Positions 24,736 through 38,040 of a stretch of 64,000 nt of DNA are shown here, piece after piece. Source of the stretch: the human T2T-CHM13v2.0 reference genome, Homo sapiens; assembly GCF_009914755.1 (NCBI RefSeq), contig NC_060930.1; one strand, 5' to 3'. Numbering within the stretch: the first letter of the stretch is position 1; every line of letters begins with the position of its first letter. A program made the translations under genes and the position numbers. The notes below the pieces were generated by a model, which saw only the letters and a program-made list of their open reading frames with translations, made no database searches and was not told where the DNA came from.

Positions 24736-26173
24736 TCATTTTCATCTCCTGTTTTGAGACTTACTTCAATTCAAAGGTTTTCTTTTATCTGGGAATTATG
24801 CTGCGTGGCATTCATGTGCTCTCAAATTCTCAATGTCCATAAATACTCATGGCACCTGTCACCCATACTGTCTACTCCCTATGTTCCCAATACACTTGCT
24901 CTTAGAAAATACTTTGAGTGTAAGCAATTAGTTGTGTGCTACATCCCACTACCCATGGAACTGGGGTATGGCTTATATCCTGTACCCTACAATGCTGCAA
25001 GGCCATTAGCAAGTATGTCTCTGTTGTCTTCCTACTGCTACCCCCTCTCTAGGGGTATATACCAAAGAATTGGCTTGAACCTCAATATCTTACAGTTTTT
25101 TTTAAATTAGCTTTTTAATTTTTTTTCCATTCTAATTTGCAGTCTCCATCTCCTTAAAACTCAGATATCAGGTTGAGTCAGGAGACTAATCTGATTAGTG
25201 GTAGACTCCTTATTGTACTGACTATCACACTTAGTACCACTCCTGCTCACCAATCCAGCTGTTTTTATTGGCCAAAGTCTATGGACCTGATTCTCATCCA
25301 TTAAAATGAGCTCTGTCCATTCTAATGCCTCTCACTCAGATAAACATCTGTCTGGCTTGCCTGTATCTGCTAGACCTGGACACATCTGTCTGAATCTGAG
25401 CTGTGCATATCACTTAGACTTGGGACCTTCCACACTATGACAATCTCTCTCTCCAAACATAGTCATTGCCCTAAACATAGTTCAAACTTCACATCTAAAA
25501 TGCCAGTTTGTTCTGCTACCCTAGATAAGGAAGTATTTTTTTAATATGGCCTTCTTATGAAAACTTAAAAACATTTTTAAGAAAACTCTAGGGGAAGGAG
25601 TGGCAAGAGAAAACAGTGATTTTGTGCTAGTTGTCCCAGATTTCTGTGAATTGGCCCAGCCTGCTCAGTGGAGGCCTGTCAGTTCTGATTCTTTGATTTG
25701 AGAGTTATCTCTGTGCCAATCATATACAGTAGTCCATTGTCTTCAAAAATTTGTATTTTTAAAGATTATGCATGACACATTTCATTTAGAAACACATATT
25801 TAGTTTTTCATATTTTTTCTATTCTGAGATTATTTCTACTACAAATAGTAGTTTTTAAGATTCTAGAAAAGGTATTTCTATGTTTAATTCTGTCTTTCCC
25901 TCATTTTACTATATATTAGGCCTTGTGCTAGAATCTTTTTATCATGGTAGTTTAAAATGCCCAGGGCTACCTGGTAAGCTGAATAAACCTTGACTGGAGA
26001 ATACTCTGCATGCATCAGAAACCCAGTGACTGTGTAAGAAGAAGATAATAAGCATTAGCTGCTTATATGATAACTACGTTGTTTTCTCAAGTTAACTTGA
26101 TTTTATCAGACTGTTGGTATAGTATGTCAGAAAGCAGTGGAGTTTTTCTCTCAGCTTTTTCATTGCTTTTCAG

Positions 26174-26248
26174 GTATCTGAAAACTGAAGAGTGGAGAAT
26201 ATGTTCAGCAGGGAACAAGAGGATTCTTTTAGAAATAAGAGGTAGAAG
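26174..26248 (+). other. Candidate 75-nt internal exon (5'UTR, lncRNA or cassette exon) of an unidentified host transcript
   Basis: Pyrimidine tract and tttcag| acceptor; consensus donor AAG|GTGAGT; purine-rich, GAA-containing body in non-repetitive DNA. Confidence 0.6.
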
Positions 26249-29200
26249 GTGAGTAGGAAATTTAGCAAGTTGAAAGAAATTTAAATATATATAAACCAAT
26301 GTTTTAGATAGTTTAAGAAAGTGCAATGTAAAGTAGCTTTTAGCCAAACCTCTTTTTGGGAAAACGCACAAAATATTAATAGCAAGTTTTAGTCTTAAAA
26401 GTCTCAACCTTGTCTTGATTATGGGGGTTATGGGTAAGGGGAACGGCTGAATTTAAAGAAAATTTGCATAGAGGATGATGATAATTATTTTATCACTCTA
26501 ATCCTTTGCTATTTTGGAAGTATGCCTTTATATATACATAATAAATATGTTTTATTTGTTCTGTTTTATATGAAAGTCAGAGTATATAATTTTGAAGCTG
26601 ACTAGTGAAGTGACCATTTTACTTGCAGTTATCTTCTCTCTGAATCCATCAGGAAACATTTTAATAGATTTTCTTCCAAGATAGGCAAGCACTTGTAGAA
26701 GCAAAGCAGAGTGCTGGTATGCAATTTCAGAAATCTGTTGACTACATGTTCCCATATGTGTTCCAGGAAATTCACATTTGGATTTCAGTACAACTCAAGA
26801 GTTATGGTAGTGCTATCCAACACTTTTTTGAATGGTAGTTTGCTTGATACCAACATGAAACTTGCCAAACTCAGCAGGCCAAATCCTAGTTTTGGAATAT
26901 GTGGGAACCAAGAAATCAGCAGTTAAATGATGAGGGCTGTATCACTTTCAGTCTTCTAAGGAAACAAATTCTACCTAATGGTCTAGAGGGTCATTTTGAA
27001 TATAACCAATAATCATTTAAAAATGAAATGTCTCTTTTGTGGCATATCATAATACATATAACATTTAATAATAAAAATCTACTCCATTACATTTCTTCTT
27101 GTGAATACTGTCTGCAATTTTTCAGCTTTTCAGACTTAATTATAGCTGGCTAGACATGTACAATTATGCTTACCTCTAGAAATGAAAACACAGTAGTATT
27201 CATTGTGTGTATGAAAACTACGTTACAAATTCACCTTATAGCTACTCTGTTTCAAAACTGCCCCAGTTAAAGTGAATAGACTGGCATTAAACTCATTGAA
27301 TACAGAGCTTCACATCTTCTAGTAAAACATTGCTATTAACTTGGCAAAAAAAATGGTGTGTTAAAATTACAATACATATAATAAAATAAGAAATTATAAC
27401 CCACAGTTGACCAGTCTGTTTCTGTTCCTGAGAATAAGCTACAAAATCTAAGTTCTGGAGGAGACATCAAAGATCAATGATCAAATGCCCAGGCTTTATT
27501 TAGCAAAGGTAGAGCCAAGTCATTCAATATGAATTGCTGTCTATTCTATTCCTATTCTAAAGATCCAGATTATGCCATTTCTTCCTTGTCTGTTTCAATG
27601 CCTAACCACATAATGAAAAATTATACAATAACTCAATTATGGCCCCTCCTGCTAAGGTTTAAAAATATTCCTTATAATGTTTTTAAAATCTTTCATCTTG
27701 TCATGATGTAGAACAATTGGTTAACATTCTCCTTGTAATAGCCTTCCATTCGAAGACAGTAGGTAAAGCATCCACTTCTTTGTCTTAAAACATACAACTT
27801 ATTTAATGGTATGTTGTAATAATTGTTTTTCCTCTTTTTAATAGTTATTTCTTGGCCTCTGGAAATTTCATTTTAATAACTCTTTCAAAAGTGGAAAAAT
27901 ATTTTTTTATAATGCTCTTGAATGAAAATATGAAAAACGGCAGGTACATTATTTTCTGTCCTTTTTACATAAATCTGTACATTTATGGTGATATTATGCT
28001 TACTTTTTTCTATTAAAAGGTTATTTAGTCTCTCAGCCATTGTGATTGATATATCTTTTGTTTTTTCTGCCTTCCTGGTGGTCTACTAGACTTCATCTAT
28101 CTTATATTTGTTTATATAGAAGGAGAAATTTGGGATGCTTTAGTACAACTTTGTGACTTATCAGTATCCTATGTCTGTTGTGAAACTTAGGTAATTTAAG
28201 GCTCATATCCTGCTGTTAAGTAAAAAGATGAATTTAGCATCTTTGTAAATCCTGCAATCTATGTTACTTATGTAATTAATTTTCTCAGATAACCATTATT
28301 ATTCCAATTTTACTGCTTAAAAATATTAAATGAGAGGCTGAGTCACTTGCCCAGTGTAATGTCTTATTAGATAGAGGCATCTGAAAACCTTTGGACCACT
28401 GCCCTTCCCACAAGACCACTTTGCTAATATTTCACTTTATTTGTGTAGATAAAGCCTTGGACTCTTAATGCTTCACTGTTTGTTTTTTGAAAAGTATGCT
28501 ATCAAATGCAGTGCAAATTTTGGAGAAATAAATACTACACTGTATTTTTTTAATGAAGTAAAAATAATGTTTCAATGCTGTTATGCTTTCATTAAAAGCT
28601 TGGCTTATAAATGATTGCATACAGTCAATTGAGATGATACCTTTTGGGACCAACCTTATTATCCAGAGTTTAGCGTTCCGGGGTCAGTGTAGGTAAGAAG
28701 GTTTATAATGACAGAAAAATATTTCCTGGCAATGAAATCTCTGAGACTAGAGCTTATCATAATCGATTTGATGTATTTTCTATATTTTTCTCCCACCAAT
28801 TACATTTACTAGATAATCTAGGTGTAATCCTACCTAGAATCAGGCAGGTGTACTAATCACCTTTGAAAGACTTTTTAGTCTGTGGTTTTGTAAAGCTGAG
28901 TAATCAAGGAAATGATAATTTTAACAAAATGCTTTTCAGTCCACCAGAGTTATTTGTTTCCAGGATGTTAGTGTTATGCTACATGATGATAAAAGAAAAT
29001 GATCACAAATCTGTTAGTTGAGACATCACTTCTATGGAATCTATAGTGTCTTTTGAGGTCCTAGCTTTAGTGAGGACCTTGGACACAACTCTACTTATTA
29101 ATATCATCCAGATATGATATTTCCTTCTAAATATGAGACATTGATTGGCATTGCAGGGAAATCTATTTTAAATACTTCCATGATGTTAAGGATGCAGTTT

Positions 29201-32200
29201 AGGGTCCAAGCTCCTGAAATATGAAGCACAATATCAAGGATGAAAACTTTTAAAAATATTTTAGATCAATGACCTCACAAAATTTTTCACTTTCCTTTAG
29301 AATGTTTAAAATCTATTTATTTTTAATAATATCTAATCATAACCCCCCTTTTCACCATGTGTCATTAGCCTAAATAAATAAAAATAAATCAGCTGAATTT
29401 TGTTTGCTAATAGAAATAAAAGAAAAATAGAACTTACAGATATGCCATCTGATTTCTTTGATTTCTTTTAGGCATATGGCCTGCTTTCTTTCTGGCCCTA
29501 GATTAACGTATTAATTCACATGGCTGTTATTTATTAAGATGTATGAATTGATAGTTTACGTTGGAGAGTTAGTTACATTGGAGAGTTGTAGTTTGCATTA
29601 TGTTGTCACATGATGCAAAGGTCTATAATGGGCATTGAAGCTTTTTTTTTTTCATTCATAGGGTGTGACTTGCTAATTGGTAAACTACATTCGGTCAACC
29701 TGTATATGAGTAATTTAAAAGTTTTCATTGATTACGCACAACAGAAAGAGGTCTGTAGACAGTAATTTTTATTTTAATGCCAAACTAAATGGCTCATTTC
29801 TTTTAAGCAGTTTCTTAAACAAATGTGTTTAAAATTGCCTGGCATGAAAAAAGGAAGCTAAATTTGTCAGAAAATTAAAATTTAAAGTAAAGCCAGTTTA
29901 CACTTAGATATTTCTCAAAATTAATCTTTCCATACCATATGTTCTTACATAAAACAATCAGATATATCTGTATCATGCTCATTTTTGACTCTGGCCCAGT
30001 TGAATTTGGTTTTCCACCAACTCTGCTGAAGGCCAAGGCCATGGCCCTTATAACTTAAGCCAAATCAGACAACAAGCAGCCACTTTGGCTCCTTGGTTGG
30101 TGGAAAGACTTTGTAATGTTATAACCTCAGTTTGAGCAAAAATACAGCTTGAAATTATAGTGTCTTCTGGATTTCTTCACCCAGTTTTGTCTACAAATGG
30201 AAATAAGTTTATATACTTACTGAGTAATGGAGACATACTTTAAGAAAGTGCTTTTTAATGTTTCCAAGAATCAAAAAATTAATAATTGTATGGAAGTTGC
30301 CATAACAATTTTAAGCTCCTTGACCTTTTATTTTTTTCAAATTATCAATTTTGGTTTTGTTCTACTCTCATTTTATTCACATATGGGAGCTAGAGCCTGA
30401 AATGCACATTTTCTAGTGTTGAGTGTTCGGTTTATAATGCTAATATTTCTGCGGGACCCAAAACAAAATGAAATCAGTTGATAGTAGAAGGTTAGCTTTA
30501 GAAAACATTGTGCCAATTGTCTCTATTTAAGCAGCCGTATAGCGCTGGAGTATAGACTCCGTAAATAAAATTAGAACTAAAATATAAAAACACTTTTATA
30601 TGATGAATATTTATTGATCAATTGGAAAACCATGGGAGATTGGCTTTTTTTTTTCTTCCAACAGAGAGACCTTTAAAATTGCCATGATTTTGTATTATTC
30701 TCTCATTATTAGTAATTACCCTGGAAGAAAATGTGATGTTAATGCCCAGTAAAATGTAGTCTCTCTCACTCTCTCTCTCTCCCCTCTTCAGACATTCTCT
30801 TTGTATTTACTTTTCACACTTTATTTTATAAATTGCAAATTAAATACCTTTCTTAAGGGCTTCTCTTATTATATAAACCTAAATTGGGCTTAACAAATTG
30901 AGAAACATATATGAAGTATTTCATTTGGATACAAACCTTAAATAAAAATATAGCTGAATGATATGTGACCTATTGAAAACTAAATAAAGTAAGGGCTCCT
31001 AATGACTAAAAGTATAGAAAGGGAATTATCTGATCTCAACATGACACAGAAAGAAATCTATTTTTTGATAGAAAAAATTAATAACATATTAACATCTGGA
31101 CTTCATGTGGATACAGTGTTGTTTAACAATTAGCAGCAGTGCCTTTTCAGCTGCATTCCTACATCTGGGAACAAAACATCATAGGAACTAAAAATAAAGA
31201 CAAGGAGAAAATAAAAAATTGCCTGCTGTAAAATAGCACAGTTACTCTACATTATAAATTAAAGGGATCTTGTCACCCTCTTTGGGAGTACAAACACACT
31301 TTCTGCAATAGATACACCCCAGATACTACCCAGAGATGCCCTGTAAACTGATATTTTATTATATATTCAGGGGAAAAGATTATAATTTTATATCATGACA
31401 AAATGAGATAGGACTTAAAGATTCATTGAAAATATTTTAAAGTACTTGCACACTGATACACTTTTAATTAAACAAAATACAGCAGTATCAATTGATAGAA
31501 TAATTATCTTATGTTTCTTTAAGACATAATACACAAGAACTGTTTAAACTTTGTTACATACTTTGAAGAAGGTAGCTTACATAGATACAAAAGAGTATAC
31601 ATTGGTAATTTATGGCTAGCAAAGATATGTATTTTTGTTATGCTTACAAGGAGAAAAATTATAGAATACCAACTATATTGGATGATCTGGATTTTTTTTC
31701 TCCTATTAAGAAGGGCAAAATAAATATTTACTTATGCCTAAGAACAATCTGATACTGGCAGTTTTCCTGAGACTGTAATGCAGGTTTGTATTCTCTGTTA
31801 AACTGTAGATTCTATGGAAGATACATTCTATAGTTTCTCCAAAGTATTGTAGAATATGTACCACATGTTTTCTGATGCTGCTTATCTTTTAATTGGCTGG
31901 AGAATAAGCCCATATGGTAAACACAAGCATGGCCTGTAGTTCATCGTAGGGATGAAAATATTCTCCAGAGATTTGAACTTTGCTTGTCAGATCCTTCTGG
32001 GCCCACTTGAAAGAGGTTGGTTATTGCCTCTGACATTGGACTGATAACCCTAGAGCAAGAAGGAAGCCTGAAAACTTTGGCCTATCAGACTTGGTTATGC
32101 ATGTATGAGGGTTTTCTCTGGGACTTCTCAGGGAAAGAGGAGTTTTTTCCTCTTCCTTGGTTTTAGCTATTATTTCTTTATTATATTGAAAAGTTTCAGT

Positions 32201-32837
32201 CTATCAATCAATTGCTATTGTTCTGAACAACTGACCACTAATATTTGTACATGAATGTTTGTACCAAATTGATTATTTTGGCCACTTGAAGACGGCTGTA
32301 GTTTATCAAAGCTAAAAAACTTTGAAATATACCTGCTTTAGGCCAATGAAGCCAAAGATTTCTAACCACTCTCTCTAGGCCTTCTTATACTTCAGGCCAT
32401 TTCCAAATTCTATAGCCAAGATCATGGTATTCCCCTGGAATCATTAAACTATTTTTTCTTCATGACTTTCTGTATCATATTTAAACCATTCATCCATAAC
32501 TTCAAGTAATTCCTAACCTCTACCTTCATCTCTTTCCACACTTTCCTATTCTTCAGCTCATAGGCTTTCACAAATTTTATTTTTCCATTTGATTTCTTTA
32601 CCATTTTGATTGCAAACAGAATTATGAAATGTCTAAGTTAGATCATTTTTGGTAGTCAAACTTTGATGAGCAGATGCATTTATTAACACATCTACTTCTA
32701 GAAGGCAAAAGTCTCTCACTCTTCATTGGGTCTACTTATATTTAAATGATTTTACATGTATGTAGGTATGGCTGCCTAGGAAGAAGGAAGAAGAGTTTTA
32801 AAGAAGGGGATTCATTCATAGGTGAGAGCATGAATAA

Positions 32838-32926
32838 ATATAGTTTGTTTCCTAAGCTCTAAACGTAGCCATAAGCAATATATAGTTTGTATAATTCCTT
32901 AAACTCTAAAAGTAGCCATAAGCAAT
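32838..32926. repeat. Two-copy ~43-47-bp tandem duplication
   Basis: atatagtttgt...ctctaaa(c/a)gtagccataagcaat occurs twice. Confidence 0.85.
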
Positions 32927-33374
32927 GAACACTGAACTAAAAAGAGAAAAGACAGTATACCTTCCATCTCAAAGAATGGGAATTTCAGAATCTGACTCTA
33001 TTGTATTGCAAGTGCCACTAGGAGTTATTATTTTGTTAAAAAGTAATTTAGTAACATTTATGTTGTTTTACCCTTTTTAAAAGTAGCATCTAACATATTC
33101 TAAATATTCATCAAAAGATAATTATTTTTCTTAATTTTAATAAATTTAAAAGGCAATCTAGAATTCAACTATAGTTCTAATTAAAGAAGTATATGCTAAT
33201 ATATAGAGAACATGTTATAGATGTCTACAGAAGAAAAAAGGATCATATCAAACAAACTGAACATGTATCTGCAAAATCAACTTATTTTCATAAAGGTCAG
33301 AATATAGTGGGGTATTTTAGCAGATATATACCTTCTAAAAAAGTCATCCTTCTGCTATATTTGGCATTAATTAG

Positions 33375-33560
33375 ATAAATTAGATTATATGGCCTAGCTT
33401 AATAACATTTTAATAGAGGATTTGAAAGGACTGGAGAAGCCTAGAAGGATGATGAAAGGTATTCAGAAAGAATGGTCCATTTGAGGAGGGTCAGAAGTGT
33501 TAGCTATGTTTGTATTAGAGAGGGAAAACATAGGTTGCTTTTAAGTACTTTAGACCACAA
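33375..33560 (+). mobile_element. CR1/L3 fragment, probably resuming near 35320-35500
   Basis: ttttaatagaggatttgaaaggactggag...gatgatgaaagg...tttgaggagggtcagaagtgttagctatgttt resembles the L3 3' region. Confidence 0.5.
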
Positions 33561-33599
33561 CGGAAGATATTTATTTGAGTTTACCTAGTAAGAATTTGA

Positions 33600-34075
33600 C
33601 TCCCTTCTAACATAATTTTTGTACAATAGAAACTAGAAGACTAATGTCACACTTCTCAGAATCCTTTGCAGTATGGCAGATTCTGCTAATGTTCTACAGT
33701 CTACCAAGCAGATATACCCAATTAAGATTGGCAGGTGGAAGTGAGCAGTAGTGGTTATGTAAATGAGATCTGGTCAGCTGGCAATCCTGATAGTGGAGGC
33801 AATTAGTTCTGTTATGGCTAGCAACGATCTAAGTTTCTGGTAACTAGTCCCTGGTGTCTTAGGTGTTAAGCAGCAAGATGATAGCTGTTTAGCTGTCATG
33901 TGGACACTAGAATAGCCTATAGAAATTTGGGCATTTTCCTTGGATGCTCTGTTCCTGACTCTAGTAGCCAAACAGAATTTTTTGTTCTCCCAGAGATTCT
34001 GTAAACTGCCGAACTTCCCTCCATTTCCTGCCACAATAATCCTCTTTCTTCTAAAACTAGGATAGTGGATTACTT
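33600..34075 (+). mobile_element. LTR33-like ERVL LTR
   Basis: ctagaagactaatgtcacacttctcagaatcctttgcag...ttctgctaat; ends ctttcttctaaaactag..agtggatt. Confidence 0.5.
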
Positions 34076-35093
34076 AAAAAAAAAAGTTTAAAAATTTCTA
34101 TAGGTTTTGGGGGAACAGGTGGTGTTTGGTTACATGAATAAGTTTAGTGGTGATTTCTGAGTTTGGTGCACCCATCATCTGAGCAGTGTACACTGTGCCC
34201 AAGTTTAGCCTTTTGTCCCTCACCCCTCTCCCACCCTTTCCCCCAAGTTCCTAAAGTCCCTTCTATCATTCTCATGCCTTTGCATCCTCATAGTTTAGCC
34301 CCCACTTATGAGTGAGAATATACAATGTGTGGTTTTCCATTCCTGAGTTACCTCACTTGGAATAATTGTCTCCAATTCCATCCACGTTTCTGTGAATGCT
34401 ATCATTTCGTTCCTTTCAGGGCTGAGTAGTATTCCAGGGTATACATATGCCACGTTTTCTTTATCCACTCATTGATTAATGAGTATTCGGGCTGATTCCA
34501 TATTTTTGCCGTTGTGAATTGTGCTGCTATAAACATGCGTGTGCAAGTATCTTTTTCATATAATGACTTCTTTTCCTCTGGGTAATACCCAGTAGTGGGA
34601 CTGCTGGATCAAACAGTAGTTCTACTTTGAGTTCTTTAAGGAATCTCCACACTGTTTTCCACAGTGGTTGTACCAGTTTACATTCCCACTAACAGTGTAA
34701 AAGTGTTCACTTTTTACCACTTCCATGCCAACATCTATTATGTTTTGATTTTTTGGTTATGGCCACTCTTGCAGGAGTAAGGTGGAATCACATTGTGGTT
34801 TTGATTTGCATTTCTCTGATAATTAGCGATGTTGAGCATTTTTTCATATGTTTGTTGGCCATTTGTATAGCTTCTTTTGAGAGTTGTCTATTCATGATCT
34901 TAGCCCTTTTTTTGATGGGATTGTTTGTTTTATTCTTGCTGATTTGTTTTAGTTCCTTGTAGATTCTGGATGTTAGTCCTTAAATAGATGGGACATAATT
35001 ACACTAAAAAGCTTCTGCACAGCAAAAGAAATGATCAGCAGAATAAACAGACAACTCACAGAGTGGGAGAAAATCTTCACAATCTATACATCC
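34076..35093 (-). mobile_element. L1PB1-like 3' end with a 5' inversion (inverted piece 34981-35093 on +)
   Basis: taggttttgggggaacaggtggtgtttggttacatg is the L1PB 3' end; orientation switches at 34980/34981. Confidence 0.9.
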
Positions 35094-35689
35094 AGCATAG
35101 ATTGCTTTTTCTGTGAATAAGTTTTCTGCTTGCTACCTCTATTAATCAAATTTCTTTGCAATAATAACTAATGGATATTTTTTACATGGCACCATTTTAA
35201 ATACTATCTCACTTAAACTTTACATCTACTTCATGAGCCTCTAAGTTTCCCCAAAACCCCTAGTGGTTACTCACAAAAAGATAGTCAAATCTGGCTCTCT
35301 CTTGATATGACCATTTCTGAGAAGGATGAATAAAGAAAGTGGGTTCAAATGTAAGTCAAAAAGAGATCATTTTAGGCATAAAAATAAGCAGTTTAATAGA
35401 ATACTACTTACATCTATGGAACAGACTAATCAGTGAACTCAAAGTTTTATCACTGAACACCCTTAAAATGACAGGGTTGGGGCCAAGGAATCATTTGTTA
35501 GACTAGACCTCGTTTGACATACTTTTTTTTAGCATTTCAGTTCTTTATTTTTATACATAGAATTTCTAAATTTCTATTTGATCACTGTGATCTGATGTTA
35601 TTGTCTTCATAGTGCTAATGTAATTTTATGACAATGTGATTATTTAATAGAAAGATGAGATTTTTATAGTCAGCTGTTTATTTTTTCTA

Positions 35690-36230
35690 AGAAATGGAAC
35701 TACAAAATATTTAAAATTATACAGTAATTCCTCAACATCATTATATATCCAAAAAGTATTAAAATTTTCTCAATTGCTTCATAAATTTTTTTAAGAATTA
35801 GTTTTTTCAAATCAGAATTCAAAGTATACATATTACAATTTTTTGACATGTATCTTGAGTCTCTATTGATCTGTAAGCCTTCTTCACCCCTAATTCTTCC
35901 TTGCAATTTATTTGTAGAAGAAACTGCGTAATTTGTCCAGAAGAATTTCCCACAGTCTGGATTTTGCTCACTGCATTCCTGTAGAGTTATTCAATATGTT
36001 CTTCTTTTCTCTGTGTTTTCTGTAAACTAGCGGGATTTGGAAACTTTTTCAAATTCAGGTTTGATTTATTTTTGCATAACAAAAATACTTCATAGATGGT
36101 AATGTGTACTTTTATCAGGAGGCACATGCCTGGTTATTTCTCTTAGATCCTTTATTTCATTAAGGACTGGTGATATTCTAACTCCATGGTACCTTCATTT
36201 ATTATCTAACAACTTCTCTAAGGTAACTAG
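35690..36230 (-). mobile_element. L1MC/MD-like 3'UTR fragment
   Basis: atttatttgtagaagaaactg...agaatttcccacagtctggattttgct...atcaggaggcacat. Confidence 0.6.
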
Positions 36231-36239
36231 TAAGTTTAT

Positions 36240-38040
36240 TCTATTTTCTATATTCTCTTTTCTTTCTCCCTGCACTTCTTAATAATTGTGCTATATGAAC
36301 ATTATCATGACATATAGCCATTATATGCTATAATGCTTTCCTTGCATTTATTATTTAATCTTGGTTCTATAGGTAAATAAGAATTTAATTATTACTACTG
36401 CTCCTTATATGTGATCCTTATTGCCCACTCTCCAGTCATTTTGGTGTCTGAAGTTTGTTCTGTAGTAGAATACTATGGAAGAGCTCTATGGGGCAATATT
36501 TCTTGAGTTCTTGTGTGTTCACAAAAAGTTCAACACTTTTATTTGTAGGTCACTTAAAATGCATATAAAGTCCTTGGCTCACATTTTCTTTCCTTGAGAC
36601 TCTCAAATATATTAAGATATTTCATTGTCTTCTGTCATAAAGCATTGCTGTTAAAAAGCATGACGTCAATCAGGTCTTTTTTTTTTTTTCCTTTATAAGT
36701 GACTTGGTCTTTTTGTTTAGACACTGGAAGGATCTTTTTAATTTTTTTTTAAAAGTTATTTTTACTAGAACATGTTTCCCTGTGGTCTCTTCTGGTTATT
36801 TTTTTTCTAGGTATATGGTTTGTTATTTCTGTACATATGTAGCTTAAAGTATTTATTTCAGAAAAGTTTTCCTGAACTTACATTTTGGTCTGGATTCTAT
36901 TCTATTGCTGTAGGTGTCTTCTTTGGAGACTTCTACTACATATGTGTTTGATTTTGCTTGCCTTTTTCTATCTCTCATCACTTTCTTTTAAGTTGTTTTT
37001 CTATACTCACTTTTATATTTTACTTAAATTTTCCTTTTTCTATATTCTGTTTTATAAGGTGCTATCCATGTATCCAAATGCTTTTTTCACTATTCAAATC
37101 CATTTATTTGTTCTTGTATTCCTTTAGGTTTAGTCATCATTTCTGAAATGATTTTTCTTTTATTTCTAAGTCTTTCTTGAGTTTTGTTCCCTTTCTTTAC
37201 AAATATTCTTTTTCTTCCCTTCAGCTCATTTCTGACTGTTTCTAATTTTTCTGCTATTCTTTCATAGTTTCTATTATTTTATAAAATTCTTTTAGATTGT
37301 TTTGAAATATTAGGAAATATTTTTATCTGTTTTATGGGATGTTTCCTGGCATGCCTCTATTATCTACATGAATATTATCCTTTTTCCTTACAAAAACTTT
37401 ACATGTGATCTGTCCACAATACATTCCTCTTCCTGATTTTAAATGAAAAGGATTTTCTTGTATTCAAAGAAAGGGAGGGTCAGATGAGCCTGCCCAGTTT
37501 TGTGGCTCTGGACTTCTCCATACTTCTATCCTGGAGCTTCTCTTTCCTTTACCCTTAATGTTTCCACCCTGCTTCTACTTAGGGATTTTCCTCCAAGGCA
37601 TTTCTTCTTAGGTTGGGCACTTGTTTTGAAAGGGTCCCTTCACAGCAAATTATGTTGGTCAAGACTCCCCTGCATGATCTTTCTGTTCTGTGGTCCCTTG
37701 AACTCACTCATGAATTGCAGCTTTTGAATGCCTTCAAATTGACTCACTGAGCTTTCACCACTAGAGAGGACACTTTATTTTGAGGGTAAATATCTGTTAG
37801 AAATTTGCTTTCTAACAGGCTCACCAGAGGTACTTTTCTCTTCTCTGCTTTCTCCCATACAGGGGCTGATACCATGTGGGTCTGATATAAGGTCAAATTT
37901 TGGTATTGTAGGAACACCCATTTTGTGAATTCAGCTACAGATGTTGGCCATAAAATTTTGTTTTGTCATTCTAGCTTCTTTGTTTTATTGAAGGTTTGGA
38001 AAGATTAAAATACCAGGCCAGTGTAACCTATACTATCCTG
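36240..38040 (-). mobile_element. HAL1-like (half-L1) ancient element
   Basis: gtctgaagtttgttctgtagtaga...ggaagagctctatggggcaatatttcttgagttcttg and ccttggctcacattttctttccttgag match recalled HAL1 motifs. Confidence 0.6.

Noticed and set aside
29553-29590. Short direct repeats here and at ~41524-41568, ~42625-42658 and ~52942-52982
   Set aside because: Common micro-duplications in AT-rich DNA with no higher-order pattern
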